A stretch of DNA of 64,000 bases from IMG/VR virus record IMGVR_UViG_3300024496_000011. One strand, 5' to 3'. A model generated the notes under the pieces. It saw only the letters and a list, made by a program, of their open reading frames with translations, had not been told where the DNA came from and did not search any database. The stretch is from a virus. The position numbers and the translations under genes are program-made. Below are positions 33,337-43,613 of this stretch, piece by piece (positions within the stretch are counted from its first letter, which is position 1; each line of letters begins with the position of its first letter).

Positions 33337-35614
33337 ACTCTCCCTCCTCTACTGTACTTAACTCACTTAGCAAATCTTGAAGATTGGGTTTTTCTTCTAC
33401 TACTTCATCAGTCTTAATATCATAAGTATTTTGATAGTAAGAAGTTTTCCACCCGTACTTGTATGTAGTCAAAAAGTCATTTGCCATTACAGAAACTGGA
33501 ACTTCATTGTCATCATAGTTCTCTGGATTGTAACTCCAGTTTCCAGAAATTGCCTGATCAAAGAATTTTTGCATCACAGCAACAACATTAATATAACCAC
33601 GATTGGACTCCATATCCCAAAGAAGCGTATAGTTATTCTTAAGAGCATGATATTGTGGAACAATTTGTTTGAGTGGTCCCTTTTTACTTTTCTTAACGGA
33701 CAAGAATCCGCGAGGTGGTTCGATTCCATTTGTTGCGTTTGACACAACGGAACTGCTCTCCGATGGCATTTGTGCGGACAGTGTTGAGTGCCTGAGACCG
33801 TGTTCCAAGATAGATGCTCTAAGATTTTCCCAATCATGCTGAAGGTTTATGGATGAAATTTCGTCTACATCTTTTTTATAAGTGTCGATTGGAAGAATGC
33901 CATCTGCATACTTGGTGCGTCCAAAATATTCACAATAACCCTTTTCTTTAGCAAGTTGGTTTGATGACTTCAAAAGGTAATACTGGAAAGATTCTGACAA
34001 ACCATGAACAGCATCCCATGCTTCCTGAGAATCATAATCGAATCCAAGTTTTGCCAAATAGTGTGCAAGACCAATAAACCCTATACCAAGAGAACGACGC
34101 GCCTTGGTGGCGATTTCTGCCGCCTCTACGGGGTACTTTTGATAGTCAATCAACTCATCCAAACCACGAACAGAAAGATCACAAAGTTCTTCAAGTTCTT
34201 CATCAGACTTTACCTTTCCAACATTGATAGCTGAAAGAATACAAAGAGCAATCTCACCCATCTTATCATCAATATGATGAATTGGATCAGTAGGAAGAGT
34301 AATCTCTTGGCAGAGATTGGACATATTCACCTTATCTTTAAATGAAGAATGAGAGTTGCAATGATCAATATTCATAATATAGATCCTACCCGTCTCAGCT
34401 CTTTCTTTAAGGAGATTGAGAATGAGTTCTTGTGCTTTAACAGTTTTTTTCGGAATGGACGAATCCTTTTCATATGCACAGTAGAGCTCATCAAAACCAG
34501 CGAGTCCAAAGCAATCATAAAGTCCAGGTACATCATGTGGGGAGAAAAGCGTGATCTCACCATCTTGAATGAACCTCTCATAGAAGAGTTTGCTGATTTG
34601 AATGCTGTAATCAAGTTTGCGAACACGATTATCCTCCGTACCCTTATTGTTTTTAAGAACAAGAATATCTTCTATTTCTTGGTGCCAGATTGGGAAGTGG
34701 ACTGTCGCGGATCCACCTCGTATGCCATTCTGCGTGCAACATCTGACAGTTGCTTCAAACTTCTTGAGAAATGGTACAACACCCGTGTGTTGAACTTCTC
34801 CCCCTCTGATTTTGCTGTTGATGCCACGGATCCTACCAGCGTTGATGCCGATTCCCGCCCTCTGTGCAACATATCTACCAATAGCCATATCAGAGCTAAA
34901 GATAGAATCGAGGGTGTCATCAACATCAACAAGAACACAACTAGCAAATTGTCTAAGTGGCGTTCGCACTCCTGCCATGATGGGAGTTGGGATGTTGATT
35001 TTGTGCTTGGAGATTGCGTCATAATACCTCTTAACATATGACATTCTAGTTTCTTTTGGGTACTCTGCGAAGATAGTGAGAGCAATCATCATATACATGA
35101 ATTGCGGAGTTTCATATACTCCACCACCGCTTCTATCTTGCACGAGGTACTTATCAACGACTTGACGTAGACCTGCATAAGTGAACAAATAGTCGCGGTC
35201 ATGATCAATATATGAATCAACTTTATCAATTTCTTCTTTTGAATACTTGTTAAAAATATCATTATCATATACTTCTCGATTTACACAATTGTAAATATGG
35301 TGCTCAAGAGAAGGCAATTCTTTCATCTTTCCATAAAGTTGCTTACGGACTGCAAAAAGAAGCAGACGAGCAGCAACATATTGATAGTTAGGATGCTCCA
35401 AATCGATTAAATCCGATGCAGAACGAATCAAGATTTCTTGAATTTCTGCGGTAGTAATTCCATCATAAAACTGAATACCCGAAGTCATCTCAACTTGACT
35501 CGCAGAGACCCCCGCAAGACCCCTACATGCCTCCTCAACCATCAAATGCATCTTATCTAGGTCAAGAGATTCAATTCGACCATCACGCTTTTTAACCTTT
35601 GTACCGTTGCTCAT
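33317..35614 (-). CDS. nrdA: Ribonucleotide reductase class Ia alpha subunit
   Basis: ATP cone, FASCVL, SNLCQEI, MPSESSS. Confidence 0.97.
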   Translation of the reverse strand: MSNGTKVKKRDGRIESLDLDKMHLMVEEACRGLAGVSASQVEMTSGIQFYDGITTAEIQEILIRSASDLIDLEHPNYQYVAARLLLFAVRKQLYGKMKELPSLEHHIYNCVNREVYDNDIFNKYSKEEIDKVDSYIDHDRDYLFTYAGLRQVVDKYLVQDRSGGGVYETPQFMYMMIALTIFAEYPKETRMSYVKRYYDAISKHKINIPTPIMAGVRTPLRQFASCVLVDVDDTLDSIFSSDMAIGRYVAQRAGIGINAGRIRGINSKIRGGEVQHTGVVPFLKKFEATVRCCTQNGIRGGSATVHFPIWHQEIEDILVLKNNKGTEDNRVRKLDYSIQISKLFYERFIQDGEITLFSPHDVPGLYDCFGLAGFDELYCAYEKDSSIPKKTVKAQELILNLLKERAETGRIYIMNIDHCNSHSSFKDKVNMSNLCQEITLPTDPIHHIDDKMGEIALCILSAINVGKVKSDEELEELCDLSVRGLDELIDYQKYPVEAAEIATKARRSLGIGFIGLAHYLAKLGFDYDSQEAWDAVHGLSESFQYYLLKSSNQLAKEKGYCEYFGRTKYADGILPIDTYKKDVDEISSINLQHDWENLRASILEHGLRHSTLSAQMPSESSSVVSNATNGIEPPRGFLSVKKSKKGPLKQIVPQYHALKNNYTLLWDMESNRGYINVVAVMQKFFDQAISGNWSYNPENYDDNEVPVSVMANDFLTTYKYGWKTSYYQNTYDIKTDEVVEEKPNLQDLLSELSTVEEGECESCAV

Positions 35615-36579
35615 ATTTTCTTCCAGGTAGTAAATTTAAGTTTTGCTTCTAATCCAGAGTAAGTATTTGATTCTATCACATTTTGAACGTTAAGTCCAGA
35701 TAAAACCATATCATTGATGTCTTTTTCTTTTATTGTTGAAGGCCAGATGACAACTTTTTGTCCATCTTCGATAACACGGGAAATTCTTGATAAGATTTCT
35801 GAATTACGTGGTTCGTTATCGTATATCCAAACACAATCACAAATACCCCACTTAGCAACATCACCATCAGCTCCGCAAAGAGCAATCGCGTTGCGAATGA
35901 AAGTTGAGTCGAATGGACCTTCGGTGATGTAGACAGTTTCACTTTTTTGGACTTCATCAAGACCATAGATTTTTGGTGCATCGTCACTGAGCATTATAGT
36001 AATGTATTTAATCTTGCTGGAACTTAAAGATCTTCCTTGAAATCCAACAAGAGTATTTTGATAGAACAAAGGAATAACAATCCTAGGTTCATCTTTAGAA
36101 GTATCATCGAAGACTTCTTTTAGGGAATTAGTCCACGATTTAAACTGATCTGTGTAATAAAATTTATCCGGGTTTAGTTTTCTATTCTCTAGATACTTTT
36201 TTGCATCAGAATTTTCGGATGCTTTTGGTAAGTTTATCTTTGATTTAAACTTTGGCGCTTCAAATTTAAATACAGGTTCATCGACAACAAAGTTTTTACC
36301 CGTATTTCCCGATTTAAATTTTTCGAAAGTATATTGTTTATAGATTACGGAATCAATTTGCTTTAAAAAATTATTAAAAGAAATATTAATACCACAGTTA
36401 TGACACTTAAAGTTTGTATTAGTTTTTACTTGGTATAAATATCCTCTTGCTTTGGTTTTATTTTTTTGAGAATCGCCACAAATAGGACAACGAAAGTTGT
36501 AAAGATTATGCTTTACTCTTTTAAATTTTTGAAATCTAGAAGAAATCAAATTGATGTATTTAACATCAATAAAATCCAT
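35611..36579 (-). CDS. 61: DNA primase (gp61)
   Basis: RCPICGDS...CHNCG zinc finger; TEGPFDS Toprim. Confidence 0.93.
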   Translation of the reverse strand: MDFIDVKYINLISSRFQKFKRVKHNLYNFRCPICGDSQKNKTKARGYLYQVKTNTNFKCHNCGINISFNNFLKQIDSVIYKQYTFEKFKSGNTGKNFVVDEPVFKFEAPKFKSKINLPKASENSDAKKYLENRKLNPDKFYYTDQFKSWTNSLKEVFDDTSKDEPRIVIPLFYQNTLVGFQGRSLSSSKIKYITIMLSDDAPKIYGLDEVQKSETVYITEGPFDSTFIRNAIALCGADGDVAKWGICDCVWIYDNEPRNSEILSRISRVIEDGQKVVIWPSTIKEKDINDMVLSGLNVQNVIESNTYSGLEAKLKFTTWKKI

Positions 36580-36746
36580 GACAATACACTGTGTGGAGTC
36601 TGTTTATTCTACTAGGTTATCGTGTTTTGTCAAGACACAAAACAGTTATAAGACCTGTCCACTTTATAACTGAGTTTGTAATCTTTTGAAGAGAATATAT
36701 GGTTGTTTTATTTTTAGTTTTCATTGGCACCAGTGCCAACACTTGA

Positions 36747-37094
36747 TTATTTAGTTTTAACTTGTTCGGTTAAAGAATTTATTGAAGAATTTATAAAATC
36801 TGTTACAAATGGAACAAACAACAAAGCAAGTGCTACAACACCTGCTGCCATCCATTTGAACTTAGAAAGTTCGTCTACTTTTACTTCAAGTTTACCCATT
36901 TTTTCATTGATATCCACATCACTTCTTGCACAATTAAAAATTCTTTCATCATGAACTGCAAGCATTTTACAAATATTCTGATTTGTTTCACTGAGAGTTT
37001 GAATGGCAGCGTCTACACGCTCTACCATTTCCTCATGAATTTTCACTCTTTCTTCAAGAACCGCAACTTTAATCTTTGAGTCTTGTCCGAACAT
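36747..37094 (-). CDS. Coiled-coil protein with C-terminal TM segment
   Basis: Heptad-rich sequence then WMAAGVVALALLFVPF. Confidence 0.7.
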   Translation of the reverse strand: MFGQDSKIKVAVLEERVKIHEEMVERVDAAIQTLSETNQNICKMLAVHDERIFNCARSDVDINEKMGKLEVKVDELSKFKWMAAGVVALALLFVPFVTDFINSSINSLTEQVKTK

Positions 37095-37099
37095 TGTCT

Positions 37100-37318
37100 T
37101 TAAGTTGATTGTTTTTTAGGATCCCAACGATTTCTGGAATTTTTTCCTAATCCAATTATCTTTTTTCTTCTAGTCATTCCCATAACAGGATCAAAACCAG
37201 CAGTTGGACCCTTTGCTTGAGCGGATCCAGAAAAACCACCAGATCCTCCTGGAGCATTTGCGACCATTTGCTCTCTTATTATTTCAATTATCCTGTCCAG
37301 TTTCTTCTTTTCCATTGT
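37100..37318 (-). CDS. Small late protein with Gly-rich and basic segments
   Basis: Likely start MEKKKLDRIIEIIRE-QMVANAPGG. Confidence 0.55.
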   Translation of the reverse strand, partial: TMEKKKLDRIIEIIREQMVANAPGGSGGFSGSAQAKGPTAGFDPVMGMTRRKKIIGLGKNSRNRWDPKKQST

Positions 37319-37688
37319 AGATTTTATACAGTTCGGACAAACAATACATATCAACCTGAATGTTACTCACACTAGACTTTGGATACTCTGGTAACTTACC
37401 CAAAAAAATAATAAAAGATTTAACTACATTCCACAAATCTTTTTCAAGTTTAAAAAATAACATTGGAGTTGCCGCTTCACCAAATATATTATAGAGAATA
37501 ATAAAGTGATTTAAAATCAAGTGAGTTTTCAATTCACCTGATTTTTTATATCGCTTCAATAATCTTTTAATGTACTTAAAATGATTTAAATCTTTATCAA
37601 AATCTTCTTTGGTTACCGCTTGAGGATTTTCATAGTTTTTTATTGCAAATAAAAGAAAATTATCATCATTCAATTCAGTAAATAACAT
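37284..37688 (-). CDS. Conserved T4-like hypothetical protein
   Basis: 134-aa ORF, typical operon packing. Confidence 0.75.
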   Translation of the reverse strand: MLFTELNDDNFLLFAIKNYENPQAVTKEDFDKDLNHFKYIKRLLKRYKKSGELKTHLILNHFIILYNIFGEAATPMLFFKLEKDLWNVVKSFIIFLGKLPEYPKSSVSNIQVDMYCLSELYKIYNGKEETGQDN

Positions 37689-37700
37689 AGACTATTAAAT

Positions 37701-38465
37701 TCAAGCAGGTGGATAAAGTGGAGTATTACCAGTAGTAATTCCAGACATTGCAACAAGAACTTCGGTCTTGACTCTCATTTCACCTTCAACTCCCATGTAA
37801 GTTGTAACCCCAACCCATCCCTCATGAGTTAAAGCGTATGAAGTTCCTTGTGCTACTTCAATTCCAGCATCAGCAACACCATAAACTGATCTAGCATATC
37901 CATCAGCAAGTCTTGCGAATCTTAATATATCACCTGTACTAATTCCAGCACTAATTGTTGAAGCAAGAGAAATTGTCGTTGCTCCAATGCTATTAATAAC
38001 AACATTATTACCATTGTTTACTAGAGCATCACCAACAACTACTCCAGTTGCCCCATTTAAAACACTTGACGAAATAACATTTGTTCCAATTCCAGCAGAT
38101 GCTGTTGCAGTTCCAGTATATGTAATTGGTGAAAAACTTCTAGCGGCAATATTTGCTGCACTGAATGTACTATCGAGAACAGTATACTTAGGTAATTCGC
38201 TAATATCAAATTGAACTCCAGAAATAGTAGCACCGCTTAAATTGGAGGTAGAAGCAATTGAAAGTTGTGTTGCACTTGTAATTCCCACAATTACAGCATC
38301 ACCATAATAAGTACCCGTTCTAGATCCAAAACGAATAACATCACCAACTGCTGCAGCACCTGCATTGCCAAAAGTAGTACCACTACCGGTCACAGTCAAA
38401 GTTTGATAGTCTAAAGATACTGTACCACCAGAACCTTTAGCATCATTATTTCCCCAGAGTGCCAT
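37701..38465 (-). CDS. Probable virion structural protein (beta-rich)
   Basis: MALWG start, Gly/Thr/Ser-rich; TATAAATA at 38500-38507. Confidence 0.65.
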   Translation of the reverse strand: MALWGNNDAKGSGGTVSLDYQTLTVTGSGTTFGNAGAAAVGDVIRFGSRTGTYYGDAVIVGITSATQLSIASTSNLSGATISGVQFDISELPKYTVLDSTFSAANIAARSFSPITYTGTATASAGIGTNVISSSVLNGATGVVVGDALVNNGNNVVINSIGATTISLASTISAGISTGDILRFARLADGYARSVYGVADAGIEVAQGTSYALTHEGWVGVTTYMGVEGEMRVKTEVLVAMSGITTGNTPLYPPA

Positions 38466-38520
38466 GTTCTTTCTTCCGTAAAAGTTATTTGCTAAAAATT
38501 ATTTATAAAAAAAAGAGACC

Positions 38521-38685
38521 TTACTTTTTGGTCTCTTTATGTAAAACAACCCTCAAAAAATTAGTTGTCAGATCAAGTAATCCATTTTCCTCAAATCTTT
38601 TTGTTTTTGCTAACCACTCGGAAGTGGTTAGCAGTAGACCGAGAACAATGGTAACTCCCCAGTTGGTCACAAAACAAGTAATCAT
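38521..38685 (-). CDS. Small membrane peptide (54 aa)
   Basis: MITCFVTNWGVTIVLGLLL... Confidence 0.5.
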   Translation of the reverse strand: MITCFVTNWGVTIVLGLLLTTSEWLAKTKRFEENGLLDLTTNFLRVVLHKETKK

Positions 38686-38855
38686 GCTTGTGGCGTAAAG
38701 AGTTTATCCTTTACAAGATCATAAACTACATTATCAATGCTATTATCTGTACTATCAACATACTTTTTAAGTAAGTCAAGAACAAGATTTTTAACTGCTG
38801 GATGTGTCGCGATTTGAATTAAAAGTGGTTTTACCACTGCAACTACTGCGCCCAT
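38682..38855 (-). CDS. Small hypothetical protein (57 aa)
   Basis: MGAVVAVVKPLLIQIATHPAVKNLVLDLLKK... Confidence 0.55.
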   Translation of the reverse strand: MGAVVAVVKPLLIQIATHPAVKNLVLDLLKKYVDSTDNSIDNVVYDLVKDKLFTPQA

Positions 38856-38894
38856 GATGTTCCTCCGTAAGAGAGTATCCTATCTTATTTAGGA

Positions 38895-40595
38895 TTACAT
38901 TAAAGATCCTTTACCATGTTTGGAAATCATTTGTTGTCTCACAAAATCTAACGCTCTTTGGGAGGTCTCTTTATGTCTTTTCATTCTTGCTTCTCTTTCT
39001 GCTGGAGTTTCTGGTTTTGATGCAGATTGTTTTGCAGGAGATGTTGAAGAACGAGCACCCATTCCACCACGCTCAAGTTGTCTATCCTTCATTCGATCAG
39101 AATCTTCTTCAGAAACAGTTTCTGGTTTTCTTTGCTTCATTAATGCTTGTTTTCTAAGAGTAGCAATCCTAGTGTCAAGAGAAGCTCTTTGTTTTTGAAC
39201 TTGAAGTTCTTGAGGGGTTAATGCAGTAGAATCTGCGACTGCTTCTTCAACTTTTTTAGGAATTCTTTCATGTTTTGTTTTTGCAAAATCACGAATTTTT
39301 TTCTCACTCATATCATCAACAATTTTAAGAACAGCATCACTTACTTCAGATCTTGGAGTCTGACCTCTTTTTACCGAAAGAGCAAGTCCAAATATTTTTT
39401 GCTGCTGCTCACTAGCAGCTTTTTCATTGATTACTTCCTCAGATACTGCTTTTTTAATTTTTTTAGCAGCAGTAACAGTTCCAGTAACACCAGATTTTAC
39501 GCCTTTACCAAATTCAGATGCTCCTTTTGCAGCAACTCTTAGTGCTTTTCCTGCAGTTTGAGTTGCTGCACGATGCCTTTCCATTCCAGATTGGTATGCT
39601 TTTACTGCGCCAAAAATTCCTTTTGCAATTGCATCTCTTACTGGTTTCTTAGATGGTTGCTTTTCAACAGCTTTTTTAATAGCAACTGATTTTTTTCTGA
39701 CAGTTGACGATGCAGGACTTGACTTAAATCTTCGAGTAGTTCCATACTTTTGAACTGCTGCCTTTGTTGCTTGAGACGGTGCAGTTCCTTTTGGAAGTTT
39801 TTGAGGACTTTTCTTTTTACCAAGTAAAGTTCTTGCTTCGTTTAATGTATATTCTTCCGAAATTTCAAAAACAAAATTTACAAATTCCTCAAGCCCAAGT
39901 TCTTCAATAAGAATATCTAAACCTTCTTCATTTAAACCCTGTTCATAAAAATATTCAGTCGCAATATCAACAGTTTCAGTAAGAACTTCTTCATCAAGTT
40001 CTACCATTTCAATCAATGTTCCACCAAGATTTTCAACTGATTCACCTATTTTAATACCAGACCCAATTGCACTTGTTTTTATTTTATTTTTTACTTGCTT
40101 TTCAACAATTTTTTGATTTTCCTTATTATCAACTTTATCGGTAATTTCAACCAAATCTTCTCTCCAATTGGAGAATCCTTCTTTTGCAACTTTTTTGCTT
40201 CCACCCATTTCATCCTTACCCAACCTACCCGCAATTACATCACCTCTAGTTACTTTGTCATATGGAGGATAATTATTTGCAAGATTGCCATCATTTGTTT
40301 TCTTCGCTTCTTCCATTTTTTGCTTCGCTTTATCTCTCAAAGCCTTCTTCATGGATTCTTTTTCATTACCATCCTTGTCAAAATCCAAGTAATCTGGTTT
40401 TGCTGCTTCCTTGATACCTTTCTTTTCTCTCATTGCCTTTGCTTTTGCAAGTGTTCTTTCTCTGGCAGCATCTTGCTCACTTTTAGGAATAGCAGTCACT
40501 GCACCAAGTCTTTCTGCAGGTTTACCAGGAACTGCAGATTCAGAAACTTGCTCCAGATATACTCTGGAAATATCATTCAGAGGATTGGTTGACAT
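38895..40595 (-). CDS. Mosaic acidic/basic late protein (probable head-internal protein) with a DUF3008-like motif
   Basis: Repeated xxE-A/S/G junctions; AASEQQQKIFGLAL...MSEKKIRDFAKTKH. Confidence 0.6.
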   Translation of the reverse strand: MSTNPLNDISRVYLEQVSESAVPGKPAERLGAVTAIPKSEQDAARERTLAKAKAMREKKGIKEAAKPDYLDFDKDGNEKESMKKALRDKAKQKMEEAKKTNDGNLANNYPPYDKVTRGDVIAGRLGKDEMGGSKKVAKEGFSNWREDLVEITDKVDNKENQKIVEKQVKNKIKTSAIGSGIKIGESVENLGGTLIEMVELDEEVLTETVDIATEYFYEQGLNEEGLDILIEELGLEEFVNFVFEISEEYTLNEARTLLGKKKSPQKLPKGTAPSQATKAAVQKYGTTRRFKSSPASSTVRKKSVAIKKAVEKQPSKKPVRDAIAKGIFGAVKAYQSGMERHRAATQTAGKALRVAAKGASEFGKGVKSGVTGTVTAAKKIKKAVSEEVINEKAASEQQQKIFGLALSVKRGQTPRSEVSDAVLKIVDDMSEKKIRDFAKTKHERIPKKVEEAVADSTALTPQELQVQKQRASLDTRIATLRKQALMKQRKPETVSEEDSDRMKDRQLERGGMGARSSTSPAKQSASKPETPAEREARMKRHKETSQRALDFVRQQMISKHGKGSLM

Positions 40596-40607
40596 CTTAA
40601 TAAGTAC

Positions 40608-41885
40608 TTACTTTTTTGCCTTATACTTATTTATGAAATTGGTTCCATATGACTTTCCTCCAAATTGGAGATATTGTTTATTAGTTCCAACCGATCCTGG
40701 AGTCATTTTTGCATAGTGTTTAAATGCACCAAGAGTTCCAACAAGAGTATTTGGATGTACTTTATCTCTCATTGGACTATTCATTTCTACTTCAGAATAT
40801 TCCATCAAATCTTTGATCCAAGATTTAAACATATATCCTTCTTCCGTCACACATATCAAATGATTAGTTCCTCTACGCATTACTTCACCAATTAATCCTG
40901 TATTTAAATTTTGAATTTTATCGCCTATTTTAAATATTTTTCCCTTTACATAATTTTCACGAAGATTTTTCATATCATACTTAGGGGCAATATCCCATAG
41001 AGAATAACTTTCCTTTTTAACCTTAGATTTCTTAACTTTCATTCCCTGTCGAACAGCATCAAAAAGTGTTTGTGTTTCTCCATCATCTAATGTTTTTGGT
41101 GTTCCTCTACGGAAAGAATTAAAATCATTATCTAATACTGCTTTTCTCATTTTAGATGCAGACATTCCCTCGATACCTTCTGCATCAGCATCTCTTACTC
41201 CAGCAGATACAACTCGAATTAAATCAAAATTATATAGTTCTCCATTATATTTTTGGGCAAGGTTTTCAAATTCTGCCTGACGATCAGAACCCACAACAAT
41301 ATTCACACTAGTATATCCTTCTTCTTGTGCTGCAACAAGAACATCAAAGATTGTTCTCATATATGGGTCATTAATAATGTTCTCCTCAAAATCTGGGAAC
41401 ATTTTTTTCATGTAAGAAATTTTGATATCAGGATCTAGTGGATTTTTCTTTGGATCTTGAGTTCTTGAAGGATAAATCTTAATATCTCCACCAACAGAAA
41501 TCCTCTTTGCCGACTTAAGAAGTTTATCATGACCAATTGTTGGTGGGTTAAAGCGACCAAAAACAATAGTAAGTGGTGATAGTTCTTCTTCAGGTTGCTC
41601 TTCTGGTGCTTGTCCTGATACCGCTTGAGGTTGTGGTGCAGGTGCTTGTGTTGCTTGAGTTGCTTGAGGTAATTGAGTTTTTGCTTGTTTATTTACTGGT
41701 TGCTTTTCTCCCTTTGTCGGTCTACCATCAGTGAATTTAAGTTTCCCTTCTTCTGTTCTTGCAACTGTTTTGCCAGATCTATCTACCCATCCACCATGAC
41801 CATCTCCACGCAATCCAAGTTTTTTCGCCTGCATAGATGCTTGCGATTGCGTTGCTTCTGATAAAAATTGGAAGAAACTCTTCAT
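40608..41885 (-). CDS. Cytidylyltransferase-like (HIGH nucleotidyltransferase) protein with T4-type capsid-targeting N-terminus
   Basis: FGRFNPPTIGH, VVGSDR, MSASKMR; N-terminus MKSFFQFLSE. Confidence 0.85.
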   Translation of the reverse strand: MKSFFQFLSEATQSQASMQAKKLGLRGDGHGGWVDRSGKTVARTEEGKLKFTDGRPTKGEKQPVNKQAKTQLPQATQATQAPAPQPQAVSGQAPEEQPEEELSPLTIVFGRFNPPTIGHDKLLKSAKRISVGGDIKIYPSRTQDPKKNPLDPDIKISYMKKMFPDFEENIINDPYMRTIFDVLVAAQEEGYTSVNIVVGSDRQAEFENLAQKYNGELYNFDLIRVVSAGVRDADAEGIEGMSASKMRKAVLDNDFNSFRRGTPKTLDDGETQTLFDAVRQGMKVKKSKVKKESYSLWDIAPKYDMKNLRENYVKGKIFKIGDKIQNLNTGLIGEVMRRGTNHLICVTEEGYMFKSWIKDLMEYSEVEMNSPMRDKVHPNTLVGTLGAFKHYAKMTPGSVGTNKQYLQFGGKSYGTNFINKYKAKK

Positions 41886-41933
41886 ATTGTTTATTTTTAT
41901 ACTTTTATTTATTTTTTTCTGCTTTTATATTTA

Positions 41934-42007
41934 TGGAGAATAGGAGACTCGAACTCCTGACATCCTGCTTGCAAAGCAGGCGCTCTACCAGACTGAGCTA
42001 ATTCCCC
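41934..42007 (-). tRNA. tRNA-Ala(TGC)
   Basis: CCTGC-TTTGCAA-GCAGG. Confidence 0.95.
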
Positions 42008-42017
42008 AAGTTTAGAC

Positions 42018-42052
42018 ATTATAAAACCCCTCAACTAAAAAGTCAAGGGGTT
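42018..42052 (-). promoter_or_regulatory. sigma70 promoter TTGACT-17-TATAAT inside a terminator-like hairpin, for tRNA-Ala
   Basis: -35 at 42041-42046, -10 at 42018-42023; AACCCCT...AGGGGTT arms. Confidence 0.75.
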
Positions 42053-42075
42053 AAAGCAACCTTCCGATTTATTTA

Positions 42076-42972
42076 TCAGATAGTTTCAGTAACCATAATT
42101 TTCAATGCTTCTTCTCTAGTGTTACCTTGCTCCATCAATTCGGCAAGAGTTGTATCAAATACATCAACTTCTTCAGTTGCCATTCTTGAAGCAAGTTTTG
42201 AAGCACCAGAAGCAACTCCAGATGCAGCTGCTCCTACTGCTTTTTTAACACCTCTCTTTGTTCTTGCTGCAGTGTACTTAGCACTTTGCTTTGCTTTTCC
42301 AGCAACATCAGATGCTGCTTGTCCTGCTTTTCTTGCAGCACTATAAGCACCTACTTGCGCTTGAGCGATTTTCTTCTTAATTCTACCTTTAATATCAGCA
42401 GCAACTTTTGCTCTCAGTCCTCTTCTCTTTTCAGGATCCTTCGATCTTGCAGCCATTCCTGCAGCAGGGTGAAGACCTCTCTTTGTTGCATATGCAGCTG
42501 CTGGTCTATCAACAGCACGGAACTTTGCTTCTTTTCCAGCTTCCTTTGCTTTTGCAACTGCTGCTTTACCAGCAGACTTTGCTTTTCCAAGTGCAGACTT
42601 AACAGCACCTTTTACTTTAGCAATTTTTTCTGCTCTCTTTTCCTTTCTGACTACAGATGCGCCTGCCTTTCTTGCTTGACTTGCCGCTTTTTCTGAAGAT
42701 TGTGCATACTGCTTTCTTGCCGCAGCACGAGCACTCATATCAACTCTTGCTTCCGAAAGAACTTCTTCAAAGATTTCTTCCACTTCATCAAAATCATATC
42801 CTTCTTCAAGCATTTCATCAATTGTTTCTTCTACAATTGTATCAATTTCTTCGTCAGTAAGATCTTCAATGCCAGCAAACTCATCTGACATTTCTTCCAA
42901 CTCATCTCTAAGATCTTCATCATAAATTGCACTATATGCTTCACACAAACCTCTAAGTTCTTTAGAATCCAT
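42076..42972 (-). CDS. Late protein with acidic termini and Lys/Ala/Arg-rich core (probable head-internal protein)
   Basis: MDSKELRGLCEAY...VLSE-AR; TATAAATA at 43001-43008. Confidence 0.7.
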   Translation of the reverse strand: MDSKELRGLCEAYSAIYDEDLRDELEEMSDEFAGIEDLTDEEIDTIVEETIDEMLEEGYDFDEVEEIFEEVLSEARVDMSARAAARKQYAQSSEKAASQARKAGASVVRKEKRAEKIAKVKGAVKSALGKAKSAGKAAVAKAKEAGKEAKFRAVDRPAAAYATKRGLHPAAGMAARSKDPEKRRGLRAKVAADIKGRIKKKIAQAQVGAYSAARKAGQAASDVAGKAKQSAKYTAARTKRGVKKAVGAAASGVASGASKLASRMATEEVDVFDTTLAELMEQGNTREEALKIMVTETI

Positions 42973-43026
42973 TTGAAAGTTTTTAGTAATTCTGTATATT
43001 TATTTATAAAAAAAGACCCCGAAGGA

Positions 43027-43212
43027 TCAAATACCAAGAACAGCACCAATATTATCGTCAAGTTGTTGAATTACTTCACGAATATCAATTACACGCGGAG
43101 GAACACTCACTTCATCATAAGTATATCCTTTTTGTGCATCAAACAAAACTTGACGAACTGCTGCTGCTGCACGAGCATCCATTTTAATTGTTACTTGTTT
43201 TTCTTTAGTCAT
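43027..43212 (-). CDS. Small hypothetical protein
   Basis: 61-aa ORF. Confidence 0.6.
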   Translation of the reverse strand: MTKEKQVTIKMDARAAAAVRQVLFDAQKGYTYDEVSVPPRVIDIREVIQQLDDNIGAVLGI

Positions 43213-43613
43213 AGATCTCCATTTTTACGATTTTCAGAACGCTCAATACTGAAAGCACCTTCAGGATAACGAGCATTTAATTTCTCAAAGTTCATTTGAA
43301 TAACTTCTTCAAGAGAAATATCAAGTCCAATACATGCCTGAGAAACATACCACATAATGTCCCCAAGTTCACGCTTCAAGTGAAACAAGTTTTCTTGATT
43401 TACAGGTTTACCTTGAAAGACAATCTTCTTTACAATTTCAGTAAATTCACCTGCTTCGGCAGACATTCCTACAGCAGCAGTAAGCAGTCTTTCGGTAGGA
43501 AACTCCTGTTCCCTTAGTTCCATAAGACTGTTGATGAAAGATGCGTGGTCTTTACTAGGATTAGAAGTAGTGGTATTAACGAACTCGACATACTTATTAA
43601 GATCAATAGTCAT
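43209..43613 (-). CDS. mazG: MazG-like nucleotide pyrophosphohydrolase
   Basis: AEAGEFTEIVKK...RELGDIMWY...NFEKLNARYP. Confidence 0.9.
   Translation of the reverse strand: MTIDLNKYVEFVNTTTSNPSKDHASFINSLMELREQEFPTERLLTAAVGMSAEAGEFTEIVKKIVFQGKPVNQENLFHLKRELGDIMWYVSQACIGLDISLEEVIQMNFEKLNARYPEGAFSIERSENRKNGDL

Noticed and set aside
34349-35041. 230-aa plus-strand ORF
   Set aside because: Antisense shadow of nrdA; no motif, RBS or promoter; expected from codon bias
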